Counted from the first letter of the whole stretch, positions 14,925 through 27,921 are shown. The stretch: 62,805 nt of DNA, filler included, from Diploschistes diacapsis (GCA_023645945.1; 17 parts of 17 records of this genome joined end to end with filler, not necessarily neighbours in it), one strand, 5' to 3'. Notes: generated by a model from the sequence alone, not told the origin. Numbers and translations are program-made.

Positions 14925-16093
14925 AGTCTTTTCCTAAGCTGCTCAACCAAGCTGCAGTCAGCTGAGCTCTGCGCTGCATGCGTAACCTACATGTCGTCCC
15001 CCTGTTAAGTATTTCTGTTGGGTGATACCTAGATGTCATGGTTAGCCTTGTCGTCAATCGCAAGGCTTTCTTTATTGAAGTGCTGAGAGCCGCTTACTAG
15101 CCCTCGGTAGTTTAGATTTTCCGACCATAGGCTCTTCTCTTCACAGTCAAAACAATTTGAAATCTCTTCCTCCTAGTTGTCCCTCGGAATAGGTACGAAT
15201 GTGCTCGTTGGAGCTTTTGCACTCTCCCAAAGCCTCTAGCAATATGCAGTCGATCTCGGGGACTAGGGTCTTGTGTGAAATTTACGCTCACGTTGGAATT
15301 CACCTTCTCCTGCAACTCTGTTTCTCTCAAGGTTCGGAAGGGTGATGTTAATAATTAATATACCACACACCTCTTCCACTGCTTCTGACCCATATAACAG
15401 CTCCTCAGATGCTTCGGATGAATGATAAAATAAACCAGAATTACTCAAAGGGGGAGTTGTCAATACCGCCTGGGGGAGTAGACTGCAGAGTCCTATCACA
15501 GCTATAAATTTCTTAAGCATTTGATGCTGTGTAACTGACCCGAAGCCTTCGAGATACATAATCATTGTCGTTTTACAGATGGTGAGAGACTGCTAATTGA
15601 GCTCCTCGATAACAACATCAGCCTCTGTTGAATGGTAAAACACAAATTGAAGTCTTTTGATGAAGTAGGCGCACGTGGATTCTTTAGTGTTGCACCTTTC
15701 CTGAGTTCATCATTTCCTTCTAATAATTCCTTACTTTTTTTGAGTGCCAGGACCACAGAGCATTCGAGACATCAGTTTACACCTCTACCTCGTTCAAGAT
15801 GTGTTTGCCCAGACCGTACATTGTGTTCCACCTCAAGGAACCTGCCAAAGAGAAAAAGGAAGAAAAACAGGAAGAGAAAAAGGAGGAAAAGAAGGAGGAA
15901 AAGAAAGAGGCCAAGAAGGAGGAAAAGAAGGAGGCGGATCGGTACATCCCACTGTTACCGGGAGCTCAATTCTACAAGGCAAGTACTCTGTTTTCACTTT
16001 CATTTCATCTGGAACAGACTTGTCGTGACATCCTATTACCTTCCTTTCTCTACCCAAATTCTTTTCTCTGCAGCAAAGCTTGGAACCGGCAAT

Positions 16094-16784
16094 ATGGCCC
16101 AAGAATACACGTACTATCCTTCTTTTGACGGACCGCCACCACCTCAGCCTGAAGTCAAGCCTTCCTCACCACCACCAAAACCAACCGAATATTATCGTTA
16201 CGATGCTGGCAGTGCTGGGCGACTTACAAGCGCCATGCCAACTTACCAGCAAGCTTACGCTCCAGTACCGAGATGGCCTGCGCATGTGGCTTATGTCCCA
16301 GTATTACTTCGCACTCCCAACGTTCCTGCCCACTGTGTCCCTGCTTTCTATGTGGATTGCTTCACCTCTGCACGGTCGGATCAATTTCCGCTGACCTGCA
16401 ACACAGGCTGAAAATGCCACAACAGCTCCGGTATTCACGACGTATGCTCAGCCTCACCCGTACGTACAAGCTATTGCGATTTTTTCAGGCCTCAGCTTCG
16501 ACTGATACAGTGACAGCCCCAAAGAGAAGGCTGCAGTACCCCGGAACGTTGCCTGGCAAGGGTCGACCAAAGCTGAAGTGGACATGCAAAATCGTGCAAT
16601 TCACGACGCTCACGCGCAGCCACGCCAGCTAGCTCCGTACGAGCCATCCACATATCAACAGTTCTACTGCCGCGAACTCAATGGCAGTTACAGTCTCAGA
16701 ACCGCTAGAGAGATTCAAGAGGATCTCCAGCCGGGGTACTGGCAGGCAGGGAGTAAGGGTGTGCCCTACTTCATTCGCATGTAG
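16094..16784 (+). CDS. Small Pro/Tyr-rich fungal hypothetical protein, multi-exon; internal exon boundaries approximate
   Basis: MAQEYTYYPSFDGPPPPQP start; last exon from about 16517 reads AWQGSTKAEVDMQN...QFYCRELNGSYSLRTAREIQEDLQPGYWQAGSKGVPYFIRM, a protein-like C-terminal domain. Confidence 0.65.
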
Positions 16785-17853
16785 GCGGAGGGTTGAAGTG
16801 GGTATGTTATCGCAACGATCCCATGCGACATCAAGCTCATGGTTTTGCAGGCCGAGCAACTGGCTAGCCTAGGGTTTAAGCGGATGATGGACACTTGGCC
16901 GATTAGCGAAAGGTTATCCAGCAAAGGTCTGGGGTCTATTCAGTCTGCCCCAGAGGCCTTGCAAGAAGCAGGAGAGACGGCACACAAGGGCTACCGAGCG
17001 GTCTGATACATATGCTAGTCAATGCTCTCGACATGATCTCGGTTGTACGTTATGACAGCATGCAGATAGGCCGTTGGCTGTACCACGGTCGCGAATGAAA
17101 TGGGACGTTATTCTGAATGACGCGGGGCAGGTGCTCGCAAGGACTTCTGGGTGGGTAGTCTTTACTGATCTCTCGTCTTCATCAGCTGGTCTGCCGAGAT
17201 GCACAGTGTAGAGACGAGTACCCAGGGGCCGCAGTGGTAGTGGTGAAGAGCACTGGGCAGAGACAAGCGAAGGGTACTCCGTCCGAGTCGTCCCCTTCCT
17301 CACGTGCATTACTTCGTATTTGGTAGCCAGTTCTGAATTAAAAACACACCACGAATCAGGCAGGCGCACCTGTGGCCGTGGTTCTATGGCTTTCTCCTCA
17401 GAGGGGCATCACCAGCACTAGGAGTCCAGGAGGAGGCGGGGAAGCTGCAGCCAAACGGGGAGTTCCGAGTTCCAGTGAGTACCGGTGAGGGATTTACGAT
17501 TTATCGATTTATCGATGACCACCTAGCTAGGTACTTTGTCATCATTTTATATACTACTAGTATAACTATCTTATATCTTATATCTTATATACTCAATGCA
17601 TAAACGCCGTCATAAGCAGGTAGTAGCGCTTACCATCTATAAGGACTCCAGCCTTTTTATTGATGTCCAAGTCTGCAGGTACATGCGTATAGACACACTG
17701 CAGTTCTTACCGTGATATCCCGGTGAAGACGTCTTTGTCCCTGACTGGATAATCCAACCCGGAAAAAAAAGGCTCACCTTTCTACTTCATCCCCTCCAAT
17801 CACTTTGAACGCTTTGGCTTTCCGAGACATTGCTGGACTCGTGTAACAGAATT

Positions 17854-17890
17854 GTGGTGGTGGTGGTGGTGATGATGATGATGATGATGA
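17854..17890. repeat. Compound (TGG)n(TGA)n microsatellite
   Basis: Direct reading. Confidence 0.85.
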
Positions 17891-18678
17891 TATGCCACGT
17901 GCTTTTGCTTGTACCGGAACCCACAACCCACAACCCACAAACTTAGCCAGTAACTATGAGCGTACCAGAAAGCTCGACAGTGGCTTCGCTGTACCCTTTG
18001 ACCTTCCCTCCGCTTCCTGTCCGATGGATGAGCAAATTGGGTTCTTAGCATTGATGCAAACCCAGACTCGGCATCGTGTCTGTCTTGCCCCTTCTTGTCA
18101 CCCGGCCAAATATCATGTGGGATCCCGATTTGTTTTCGACAGCCCCGTCTCTATACCTACATACATACATGACTCGGCCCTGCCCAAACTTCTTCTAGCC
18201 TGACGGCTCCAACTCCGAATACAACGTGAAGAATGTGAAGAGCGACGAGCTTCGTGCCATGTAAGCACGAAAAGGGCCTCTCTCGTCCTCTTTACTTGGC
18301 CTTCTTTACCATCACCCATCAATCCCGCAACGGTTTCCAGACTTCTTATCTCCACCTCCCTCGGGACCAAAGCGTCGAAGCTACGCTTGGCATTGGTTTG
18401 TGTTCCTTCAATCTGGCAGTATTGCAAGATATCTCTTGACCATTGGCCCTCTGGCATCAGGGCTTTTGCTATCTTGTCCAGATCTCCATCCGAAATATCA
18501 GTCTTCGATTCCTGTGCTTCCTGTTGACATGAGGGACTTTCGTGGGCCTTTATCCCTCCTCCCTGAGCTGCTTTCTTTGTGCGACTGACCCCCAACCCAG
18601 AATAATAAAACGCCCATAGAAGCCTCAAGGCCCCTGCAAACCCTTCCTGCAGGGTCCCCCACGTGAAATTCGAAACTG

Positions 18679-19900
18679 ATGCCCGTCAAACTCGCTCTCA
18701 CAAACGCCACGGGCCGACAGTCCGCCTCCCTTGCCCGCTCAGCCAGCGCTGTCGGATATCACCTTTCGGTCCACGTGGCCTCGACCAAGTACTCGCCCTT
18801 GGTCGCTTCCGAGATCGGTGCGCTGCCCCATACGTCGGTACACTATGGCGACCTATCGTCGGCCGAGGTGCGTGAGGAGCTCTTCGACGGTGCGAATATA
18901 GCATTCATCAACACGACATCCTTCGACAAGGAGCTCGAGGCAGGGAAGGGCTGCGCGGATGCCGCAGTGGCGGCAGGAGTCGAGCACATCGTCTACAGCA
19001 GCATGCCCGATCACGCAGAGGCCGGCAGAGGCAAACCTTGGCACGGCCTTCCACACTATCGGGACAAATGGCAGGTAGAGAAGTACATAAGAACCCTGCA
19101 TGTCCCCTCGACGTTTGTCTACACCGGAATCTACTACAATAACTTCACCAGCCTACCTTATCCGCTCTTCTGCCTGAGAGAAGCACCATGGGAGGAGGTC
19201 GAGGAATGGGAGGGCGACTGGCAGGACGATTGGGCGGAAGAAAAGGACGGGGAAGAGACAAAAGGGAGGAAGTGCGGCTTCGAGTGGCAAGCACCGTTTG
19301 CGCCCGATACCAAGCTCCCATGGCTGGACACCGAACATGACTTTGGGCCGGCTGTGCTGCAGATTTTCAAGGACGGCCCGAAGAAATGGGGCGGTAAAAG
19401 GTAGGTTCTAACCTCTTCTGATCTGCTGTATCCTCTTCCTCCAATTGTCATCATCCGCTCGGACGCGAACCGAGGCTGGGTGGGCTGATTCTAATGTCAG
19501 GGTACCCTTGGCATTCGACGTTTTGGATCCACCAGCCGTCTGCGCCGCCTTCTCGAGGGGCCTGAACAGGCCCGTGCGATACGTGGAAGGGCCGATCGAA
19601 GTCTCCGTGCCGATTCCAAAAGGCTATCACGAGCAACTGGACGCTCTGCAGGACCTCTTCGGCGGACCGTCAGTCAAAGGGAAGAACGCTCCGTACTGGT
19701 GGGACGGAATCTTCGACGTCAAGGACGCTCAGTCGGACAGAAACAAGGAAAAGGAGGAAGGAGGCAACACGGACGAAGAGGCGGATCCGAACGTCCGCGC
19801 GGCCAGAGCGCTCTGGCAGGGATGGAGGGACATCGAGGGGTACGCGAAGGATACTTTTCCCGTGGAGGAGAGGCTCAACGGGAGGGATTGGATGGACTAG
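18679..19900 (+). CDS. nmrA: Nitrogen metabolite repression regulator NmrA; intron 19401-19500
   Basis: NATGRQSAS, AFINTTS, YSSMPDH, STFVYTGIYYNNFTSLPYPLF, WLDTEHDFGPAVLQIFKDGPKKW, VCAAFSRGLNR and LWQGWRDIEGYAKDTFPVEE...GRDWM follow Aspergillus NmrA as recalled. Confidence 0.9.
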
Positions 19901-20696
19901 GGTGTGCAGAAGGGGGCCACGATTCCGCGCCCAAAGGAGTTGTTGGCCTTTAATGGCGGCTACGCCGACGGTCGTGGCCTTGGAGTTGTACATTGTTGAA
20001 GCCGCTTTACATCGATTTATGGAGCATGGCTCGGAACTGTGAAGGAGTACAGTAAACAAAAGCAAGCAAGTTTCTGTGGGTTAGCTGCAATGGCGTAGAT
20101 TTGCACACGATTAAGGGTGTTGTCGATACCCGTTTGTTGTTATGCAGATGCACTCTTTTCCGTTGTTGTTGATGATGACGTGATGCTGATTGCCGACTAC
20201 CTCCGTACAACTACGCAAGCGATATTCATCATCCGTACAAAAAGCTTTCGAGTGATGCTCCAGATCCGATCATAAAATAAGAAACTTGGTTACTTGAAGC
20301 TCTTCTCCGAAAACTTCTGGATTATATTTTTGACGTTGATCCAAAGCATCTCTTTGAGAGAAGTCTTTGTGTGGGCCATAAAGTGGTGGTCAGAAGCACC
20401 GAAATAATAATTATTAATATCATCATCGTCTGCTGCTTTGGTTTGTGCAAGATTAAACTCGGTTAGTTAGGGTTGATCAACCCCTTTCCGGATCGGGGAC
20501 TTGGAGCCGCGCCCGCCGCGGTTTCAGCTGCTGACTTAACGTAGTATATTAATCCCATTTTCCCGCTGGTGCAGAAGCTTCTACCGGGGCAGGTGTGGGG
20601 GAACGATGGAGAGTGGTGCAGAAGATGCTAACGGAGATTACAGGATTGGGGGAAGGATGATATGAAAAAGGAACAGCCGGGGCCGCTGGTAAGGAA

Positions 20697-20796
20697 NNNN
20701 NNNNNNNNNNNNNNNNNNNNNNNNNNNNNNNNNNNNNNNNTTAATTAATTAANNNNNNNNNNNNNNNNNNNNNNNNNNNNNNNNNNNNNNNNNNNN
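20697..20796. other. Artificial 100-bp contig linker (N-run, TTAATTAATTAA six-frame stop, N-run); 16 copies in the window
   Basis: Other linkers at 22124, 23550, 24975, 26400, 27822, 29243, 30664, 51452, 52873, 54293, 55713, 57132, 58551, 59970 and 61388. Confidence 0.98.
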
Positions 20797-21064
20797 ATAG
20801 TATCCGTGTTAATAAATTTACGGAAATATAGTATCCGTATTAATATCCGTGTTTTAAATTTTTTAATTATAGTGTTCGTGTCATTATCCGTGTTTTAAAT
20901 TTTTTAATTGCGGTGTCCGTGTTCGTGGATTTACGAAAAGGTAATGTCCGTATCAGTATCCATGTTTTAAAATTTTAACTATAGTGTCCGTGTCAGTGTC
21001 CGTGTTTTGAAAATTTTTACTGTAGTGTCCGTGTCAGTGACCGTGGCACGAAACGGCCAGCCTA
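20797..21064 (-). mobile_element. End of a hAT-like DNA transposon (terminus TAGGCTGGCCGTTTCGTGCCACGG with CACGGACAC subterminal repeats)
   Basis: Same terminus at 23159, 52491, 61578 and 61883; repeated GTGTCCGTG units; here inserted into a Gypsy RT. Superfamily is inferred. Confidence 0.7.
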
Positions 21065-22123
21065 TTCCCGATGGATCTTCTTATTATTAAAAAACATTAA
21101 CAGATCGTCTATATAATAGGAAACAAAATCGATCATATCGTTAAAATTATTATTCATAAACTATTAATACGAGTTAAGATTTGCCGTTATTCCGAAAAAC
21201 ATTATCTTAAACTTGTATACCTTTAAAAACGTTGAAAAAGTAATTAATTCCTCGTCCCTATTAATAACCATTCGTAATCGATAGAATGCCTAAATGATAT
21301 CGAATTTAATATAGATCTTAATTCGGGTTACCCGGGCTATCGTTTCGGCGATTAGGAATAATGAATATCGATTCTTTTTCGTGATATTGTTTAATCCTCG
21401 ATAATCGACGTATATTTTCAATCCGCCCCCGTTAAGTTTCTTTATAAATAAGATCGGGAACGCGTATTCTACTAAACTAAACGCAATGAACTTATTTATC
21501 AAATTTTTTTTAAATAAATCTTTAGTGCCTATAATTCGTCCCTCGATATTCTTCTTAACGGAACTGATTTCGATAATATCGCGCCTTCCTTCAATTCGAT
21601 CTTATAGTTCTATTAAGGTCGATACGAAGGCAGCTCGTTAGTTTTTTCGTAACTAAACATATTTAGATAATCGTAATACTTTTTAAATATTAGATCGCGA
21701 AGGTTTTTCGTCGCCATTTCTTGTTTCTTTTTCTTTTTTAATTATTGATCGATCTCTTTCATAAAAATAGCGAATATTTCTGTCCCGGTCTATCAGCTGG
21801 CGACATCGAAGACTACGACGTTAATAACGTAAGTTCGATTAAAATTATTATTCGTGCAGGCTCGTTTATCGGTCTCACGGGGGGCAGGCGAGTAAATTGA
21901 ATCTTTTACATTAATTTTATTATTATTATTTATTATTCCACGCGGTAAGATCTTAATGATTAGAGGTCTGCCGTTCTTGATCGCTTCGGGATCTAATCGT
22001 AGAGTAATTAAGATTTCCTCCACTTCTTTTTGTTTTTTGACGGATAATAATTTTAGGTGGTTATAGTAGTTTGATTTAAAAGTTACCTCGGAGGTAATAC
22101 AGTCTACCACCGCGCTATGTAGG
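21065..22123 (-). mobile_element. RIP-degraded Ty3/Gypsy pol fragment (reverse transcriptase)
   Basis: PILFIKKLNGGGLKIYVDYRGLNNITKKNRYSLFLIAETI...KFDII with RIP-type stops. Confidence 0.9.
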
Positions 22124-22273
22124 NNNNNNNNNNNNNNNNNNNNNNNNNNNNNNNNNNNNNNNNNNNNTTAATTAATTAANNNNNNNNNNNNNNNNNNNNN
22201 NNNNNNNNNNNNNNNNNNNNNNNCGTCTAAACGGTAGTCGTGAAATGATCTCGTGGTTCTACCTTCGTCCAAC

Positions 22274-22727
22274 TGTTATGATCTCTATCTATACAAGGTA
22301 TACACGAGTAGGATCAAGGTGGGTTTGGTCTCTGTTAGAAGAAGAGTGTGGCAGGAGAAGAAGATAAAGCAGTCACAGGTCTTAAACTATTTCTAGAAAA
22401 AAGGTTCTAAAATAATAAAAATAACGAATATAGATTAATCCCGAATAATAACTCAAGATATTTATAAAAGTGAACACGCCCTAAATTTATAAAAACCATG
22501 GCGACGTTCTTATATAGCCAACAGCTCCTTTAGTAAAATAGATAAATAGATAAACAGAACTACCGTTCTCCCTTTCTATTCACGACTGAGTAGAATGGTC
22601 TTACAGATTTTCTACTCGTCACGTGACCCGTGTCACCCTAATTAGACTATATACAAAGAATGATTAGGAAGTGCCCGACTAGCTGTTGCGTGCCAAGTAC
22701 TACCGACTAGTACCTTGGATCGTAACA
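22274..22727 (-). mobile_element. LTR of the TGTTACGATCCAAG...TCATAACA family (Gypsy-associated)
   Basis: TG...CA termini; homologous starts near 24644, 26242, 28263, 59749 and 60812. Confidence 0.8.
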
Positions 22728-22947
22728 TTAAATCGAATCGAATAATTTCGAAACGACTTATAACGCGTAAAAAACGTCGTCGCGTTTTAAAAATCGAGAA
22801 GGATAAAGAGGAGGAAAATAGATACGATTCTGATCGATTAGATTCCGATTGCGACGAATAGGTTATATTTAAAAACCGTAGAATGGTAGTAATAGTGATT
22901 TGAGATGGCCCACTTCTGGGAGTGGCCCACTTCCCCGTCAAACACGT
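22728..22947 (+). mobile_element. Fot1/pogo (Tc1-mariner) 3' end with TIR ending ACACGT followed by TA
   Basis: TIR with an internal direct repeat and TA flank; homologous to 55813-56198, 58651-59041 and 60070-60416. Confidence 0.8.
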
Positions 22948-23158
22948 TATCTTTAGCGTCGTACGATAGGTTTAATAAATTTAATAAATCACGCTTTAAA
23001 TTAACTTATTAAAAACTATTACATAACGATATATAACGCCTTACTTCTCGTTAACGAAACGTTGCTTTACGCGCTATAAATTAAAAATAAAGACGAAAAC
23101 GATCGAATCTAATTATTTCTATATTATAAAAGATGTTTTAATCGTATAGAAAAGAATT

Positions 23159-23549
23159 TAGGCTGGCCGTTTCGTGCCACGGACACTGACACAGACACCG
23201 CAGCAGAAATTTTCTCGGCACAGACACTGACACGGATACTGTACTGCAGTAAAAGCACGGACACGGACACTATAGCTAAACTTTTTAAAACCCGGACATT
23301 GATACGGATAATATAATATAATAAAAGCACGGACACGGATACTATAGCTAAAGTTTTTAAAACACGGACATTTACACAGAAATTATAATGTAATAAAAGT
23401 ATTAACACGGACACTATAATTAAAAAACTTAAAAAAAGGACACTAACACGGATATTATAATATAATAAAAGCACGGACACGGACACCGTAATTAAGATTT
23501 TTAAAACACGAATACTAATACGGATATTACAATATAATAAAAGCACTAA
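23159..23549 (+). mobile_element. hAT-like transposon end with subterminal repeat array
   Basis: TAGGCTGGCCGTTTCGTGCCACGGACACTGACAC followed by repeated CACGGACAC units. Confidence 0.7.
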
Positions 23550-23721
23550 NNNNNNNNNNNNNNNNNNNNNNNNNNNNNNNNNNNNNNNNNNNNTTAATTA
23601 ATTAANNNNNNNNNNNNNNNNNNNNNNNNNNNNNNNNNNNNNNNNNNNNAATATAAGATGAAAATAGTGATTTAAGATGGCCGGAATCTGGAGATAGCCG
23701 GAATCCCCGTGAAACACGTTA

Positions 23722-24643
23722 ACGTTTTATAAAAGATAAGCGAAGTTGATTTCAAGTTAGATTTATTAGCGTCGATAAAGTAGTTCAAAACGTTTCACGC
23801 GTTTTTACTTTTAAAAGACCCGCAGGACCTCTTAGAAAGACAGCATCCTAGATTACCTCCGATAGAAATAGAAGTTGAAGAAGAATAAGAGCTCGAAAAG
23901 ATCCTCGACGCCAGAAAAGATCCCGAACGAAGAATTAACGTCCAATTTAAAGTACGTTAGGTAAAATAATTAATCGACGATAATTAATATTCCGTCATTA
24001 ATTTCGAAAAATACCCTCGATATTTTACGGAAGTTTTATTAATTAAATTCCGAAAAAATAAAACTTTTATAATTAATAACGCTTAAGGTTAGACAATATA
24101 CGCCAACAAGAATTATAGACGGGGGCGAGTTTTTAAAATAAAATAATATCGATTATTACGACGACCACGTTCTTTTATAAAATCTAAAAGTATGTTTAAG
24201 TAAAAATACCGCTAAAAAAGGTTTAAAAAGACGATAATATCTATTACGAAAGAATAACGGGTATCCTTTTAAACAAATTAGCGAAAGGAATAAAGATCGA
24301 GATAAATATTAATTAAAAAAGGCATCATCGCGCTTATAAGAGATATAAGTATCTAAAAAAAAGGGTAATAAAATAGATTAATTTAGGCGTGCCAAGCCAC
24401 CGGGGTCACGTGACGGCAGAGTTATATGACGGCAGAGTTATATGACGGCAGGGTTATATAACGGTAAAATCATATAACGGGTATCAACCGTGTTAAGGAT
24501 ATTAAGGGGTGACTATATAGGCGGGTAAAACCCAAATCCCGTAAAACTGATATTTATACACTATTTAGTCCTACCATCCTCCCACTTAGATAGTTTCTTC
24601 TCTAGCTTTTCGAATCGAGACCTTTTACCTGCAGATGCCCAGT
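23722..24643 (+). mobile_element. Chromovirus (Gypsy) 3' end: chromodomain followed by LTR
   Basis: PPIEIEVEEE*ELEKILDARK...QFKVR*V chromodomain with Trp codons changed to stops; homologous copy at 26500-27200; LTR carries 16-bp tandem units at about 24405-24480. Confidence 0.8.
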
Positions 24644-25196
24644 ATTACGATCCAAGGTACTAGTCGGTAATACTTGGCACGCAATAGTTAGTCGGGCACT
24701 TCTCAACCATTCCTTGTATATAGTCTAATCAGGATGACACGGGTCACGTGATGAGTAAAAGGTTTAAAGAATTATTCTATTCAGTCGTGAATAGAAAGAA
24801 AGAACGATAATTCTATTTATCTATTTATCTATTTTATTTAAAGAATTATTAATTTTATAAAAACGTCGTTATGGTCTTTATAAGTTTAGGGCGTGTTTAT
24901 TTTTATAGATATCTTAAGTTATTATTCGGGATTAATTTATATTCGTTATTTTTATTATTTTAGAGCTTTCTTTTNNNNNNNNNNNNNNNNNNNNNNNNNN
25001 NNNNNNNNNNNNNNNNNNTTAATTAATTAANNNNNNNNNNNNNNNNNNNNNNNNNNNNNNNNNNNNNNNNNNNNCTATAAATTTGCACTACTCCCGATTA
25101 AGATTAATAGGAACCCCAGTAGGTTCAGCTGAACTGAACCTAAACCTGAGGTTCAGCTGAACTTCCCAGCCATGCATTCTGCCTGCCTGCTCAACA

Positions 25197-26241
25197 GTAT
25201 TTTTCGTATTAATCCTTTATTGTTTATGTTAATCCGTATAAGCTTTTATTAATCTTTAAAATAATATTTCTAAAAACGTTATATCCTTTAAGTAACGTTA
25301 TATAGATTTAATATATTAACGACATTTCCGTAAACGTATTATTAACGTTTATTTAATATATTAGATCTTTTGTTGCGATAATCGTCAGTAAAATGCGTAG
25401 AGAGTCCGCTCGAATAATAGAAATAAATGTCTCGTTAAAATCGATTCTTTTTTACTACGAGAACCTTCTTACGACTAATCTAACCTTAAACCTCTTAATG
25501 TCGCCATTAAGGTTATATTTCACGTCGAATACCCATCTTGAGCTTATTATATTAATATTTTTTGGTTCAAGTAATTCAGTCTAGGTCTGATTTAGGAATA
25601 AAGAATCGATTTCCTTTCCTATTACTTTTTTCTATTTTTTCCTAAAGATTGGGTCATTAATGGCCTCTTTATAGCTTTCTAGAATGCTAATTCGAGATAA
25701 TCTTGGTTTAACGTCGCTGATTATTTCCTACTCGCTGGCGACTAGCGCGACATAGCTCCTTAAGGCTTTAACCGACGAGTATCCTTTATTATCCCGTTCT
25801 CGTTTATTAGTAATAAGGGTTATATTAAATAGCTTTCTATCCTAATGCGTAATTATTATTATTAATATATTATTCACGTTCATTTTGGCTGATTTAGATT
25901 TAGAATGAAATTCGGGTTTAAATTCGAGTTCAAGTTTAATGTTTTTCTTTAAAATCTTTACTCGTAAGAACTTCTTAACTAGAACATCGGCCCTTAGGGT
26001 GCTGTAATCTACAACCGATTTAAGTAGTTCAGCATCTTCTGTCTAATCTTTTAGAGCATAGGCCCCTAGGATGTTATGATCCACCGCTGGTTTAAATAAT
26101 TCAGTATGTTCGTTCTAAACTTCCTATTTTTGTATTATTAATGCCCTGTTATCGTCCGTGATTGACGTGTCATTGCCGTTTATTATTAACGAGATATTTA
26201 TTCCCCCGATATTATATACTAGGTTAACGACTGGTCGTTTT
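25197..26241 (-). mobile_element. RIP-degraded Ty1/Copia pol (reverse transcriptase)
   Basis: AINDPIFRKK*KKVIGKEIDSL...SSRWVFDVKYNLNGDIKRFKVRLVVRRFS...IDFNETF; homologous copy at 51552-52490. Confidence 0.88.
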
Positions 26242-27634
26242 TGTTACGATCCAAGTACCAGACTTGGCACGTCCCAGCTTTGTATATAGGTCAGTCACGG
26301 GACCAGGGGTCACGTGATGCGCTTACTGGTCGCGTTCATTCTCGTAAGCGGCGAGCAGGCTTTCGTTACCGCTCGATAGTCGCGTTTATTCTTATAAACN
26401 NNNNNNNNNNNNNNNNNNNNNNNNNNNNNNNNNNNNNNNNNNNTTAATTAATTAANNNNNNNNNNNNNNNNNNNNNNNNNNNNNNNNNNNNNNNNNNNNA
26501 AATAAGATAACTAATCGATAATAGTTAATATCCCGTTCTTAATTTCGAAAATATTTTCGATATCTTACGGGTGTTTTATTAATTAAATCCCGAAAAGATA
26601 AGATTTTTATCACTAATAACGTTTAGGAATAAACAACCCACGTTAATAAAGACTATAAACGAAAACGAGTTTTTAAAATGAAATAATATCCATTATTACG
26701 ACGATCACGTTCTTTTATAGAATCTAAAAGTATATTTAATTAAAAACGCCGCAGAAAAGGGTTTAAAGAAACGGAAACATCTATTACGAAAAAATACCGG
26801 GTATCTTTTTAAATAAATTAAAAAAAAAGATCGAGATGAATATTGACTAAAAGAGCATCGCGTTTGTAAGAGACATAAACATTTAAAAAAAAGGATAATA
26901 AGATAGATCAGTTTAGGCGTCTACCAAACCATCGAGGTTATATAACGGTAAGGTTATATAATAAATACTAACCGTGTTAAGGATGTTAGGGGGTGGTTAT
27001 GTAGGCGGGTAGGACTCGAACCCCGTAAGGCTGGTATTTTATATACTATTTATTCCTGCCACCCTTTTACTTAGATAGTTTCTTCTTTAGCTTTTCGAAT
27101 CGAGACCTTTTACCTGCAAATGTCTAGCTACACGTAATACTTCCGGATCAGGCCCAGCCCCCTGTAGTATAGTATCCCATTCCTGCGCTGGCGTTTCATA
27201 CATTTATTTATTGGGCTGTTTTTTATAGTACTTATGGTTTCCAGCTTATTATTGAAAGAAATATATATATAGCTGCCATTCGGCCAATCGCTTTTATAGA
27301 AAAGGGCACTGTTATGGGTCTTGGTATGGGGTCCCAATTAGACTAGATGGGCTTGGCGCTGCTTGGGCCTATTTGCCATAGTATCTCGGAAGTGCTCATG
27401 CTTCTACATCAATACATCATATCTCAAAACCTGACCTTATTACAGAGAGTAAGAAGGATAAAATTCCTCTTATTTGACTTAACCTTATAATATGTCACTG
27501 TTATTAATATAATGCAGTCTACAACTACCACGATTTCTAACAAAAAACAATAAAAGTTTCATCGTAGCCCTTCTAGCACATGTAATTAAAGTATTTGTCA
27601 CCTATATTTGATCATCTCGTATGCTAAACAGATA

Positions 27635-27683
27635 ACGTGTTTCACGGGGATTCCGGCCACCCCCAGATTCCGGCCACCTCAAA
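27635..27683 (+). mobile_element. Fot1/pogo TIR (TA|ACGTGTTTCACGGGGATTCCGGCCACCCCCAGATTCCGGCCACCTCAAA) interrupted by a TGTAACA-initiated LTR-like insertion
   Basis: Reverse complement of the TIRs ending at 23719, 59041, 60416 and 61726. Confidence 0.8.
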
Positions 27684-27921
27684 TGTAACAGCGGGGGTAG
27701 TGCCTAATAGGGTAGCGCTATCCCACTGAGCCAAAAGACTAACACAATGCTTTCAGGAACCCCGAAGCACTGTTTCCCTATTACACTATATGTAGGTGCG
27801 TGGCTGTGGCAGCAGGGGGACNNNNNNNNNNNNNNNNNNNNNNNNNNNNNNNNNNNNNNNNNNNNTTAATTAATTAANNNNNNNNNNNNNNNNNNNNNNN
27901 NNNNNNNNNNNNNNNNNNNNN

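Noticed and set aside
17800..18628. Minus-strand ORFs upstream of nmrA, including a poly-His ORF
   Set aside because: Poly-His comes from a microsatellite; no convincing start, splice model or domain.
20340..20460. Copia protease-like relic (YYFGASDHHF) on the minus strand
   Set aside because: Only one degenerate motif with no supporting retroelement sequence.
20741..20752. Recurrent TTAATTAATTAA palindrome as a biological motif
   Set aside because: It is the six-frame stop linker inside every N-run.
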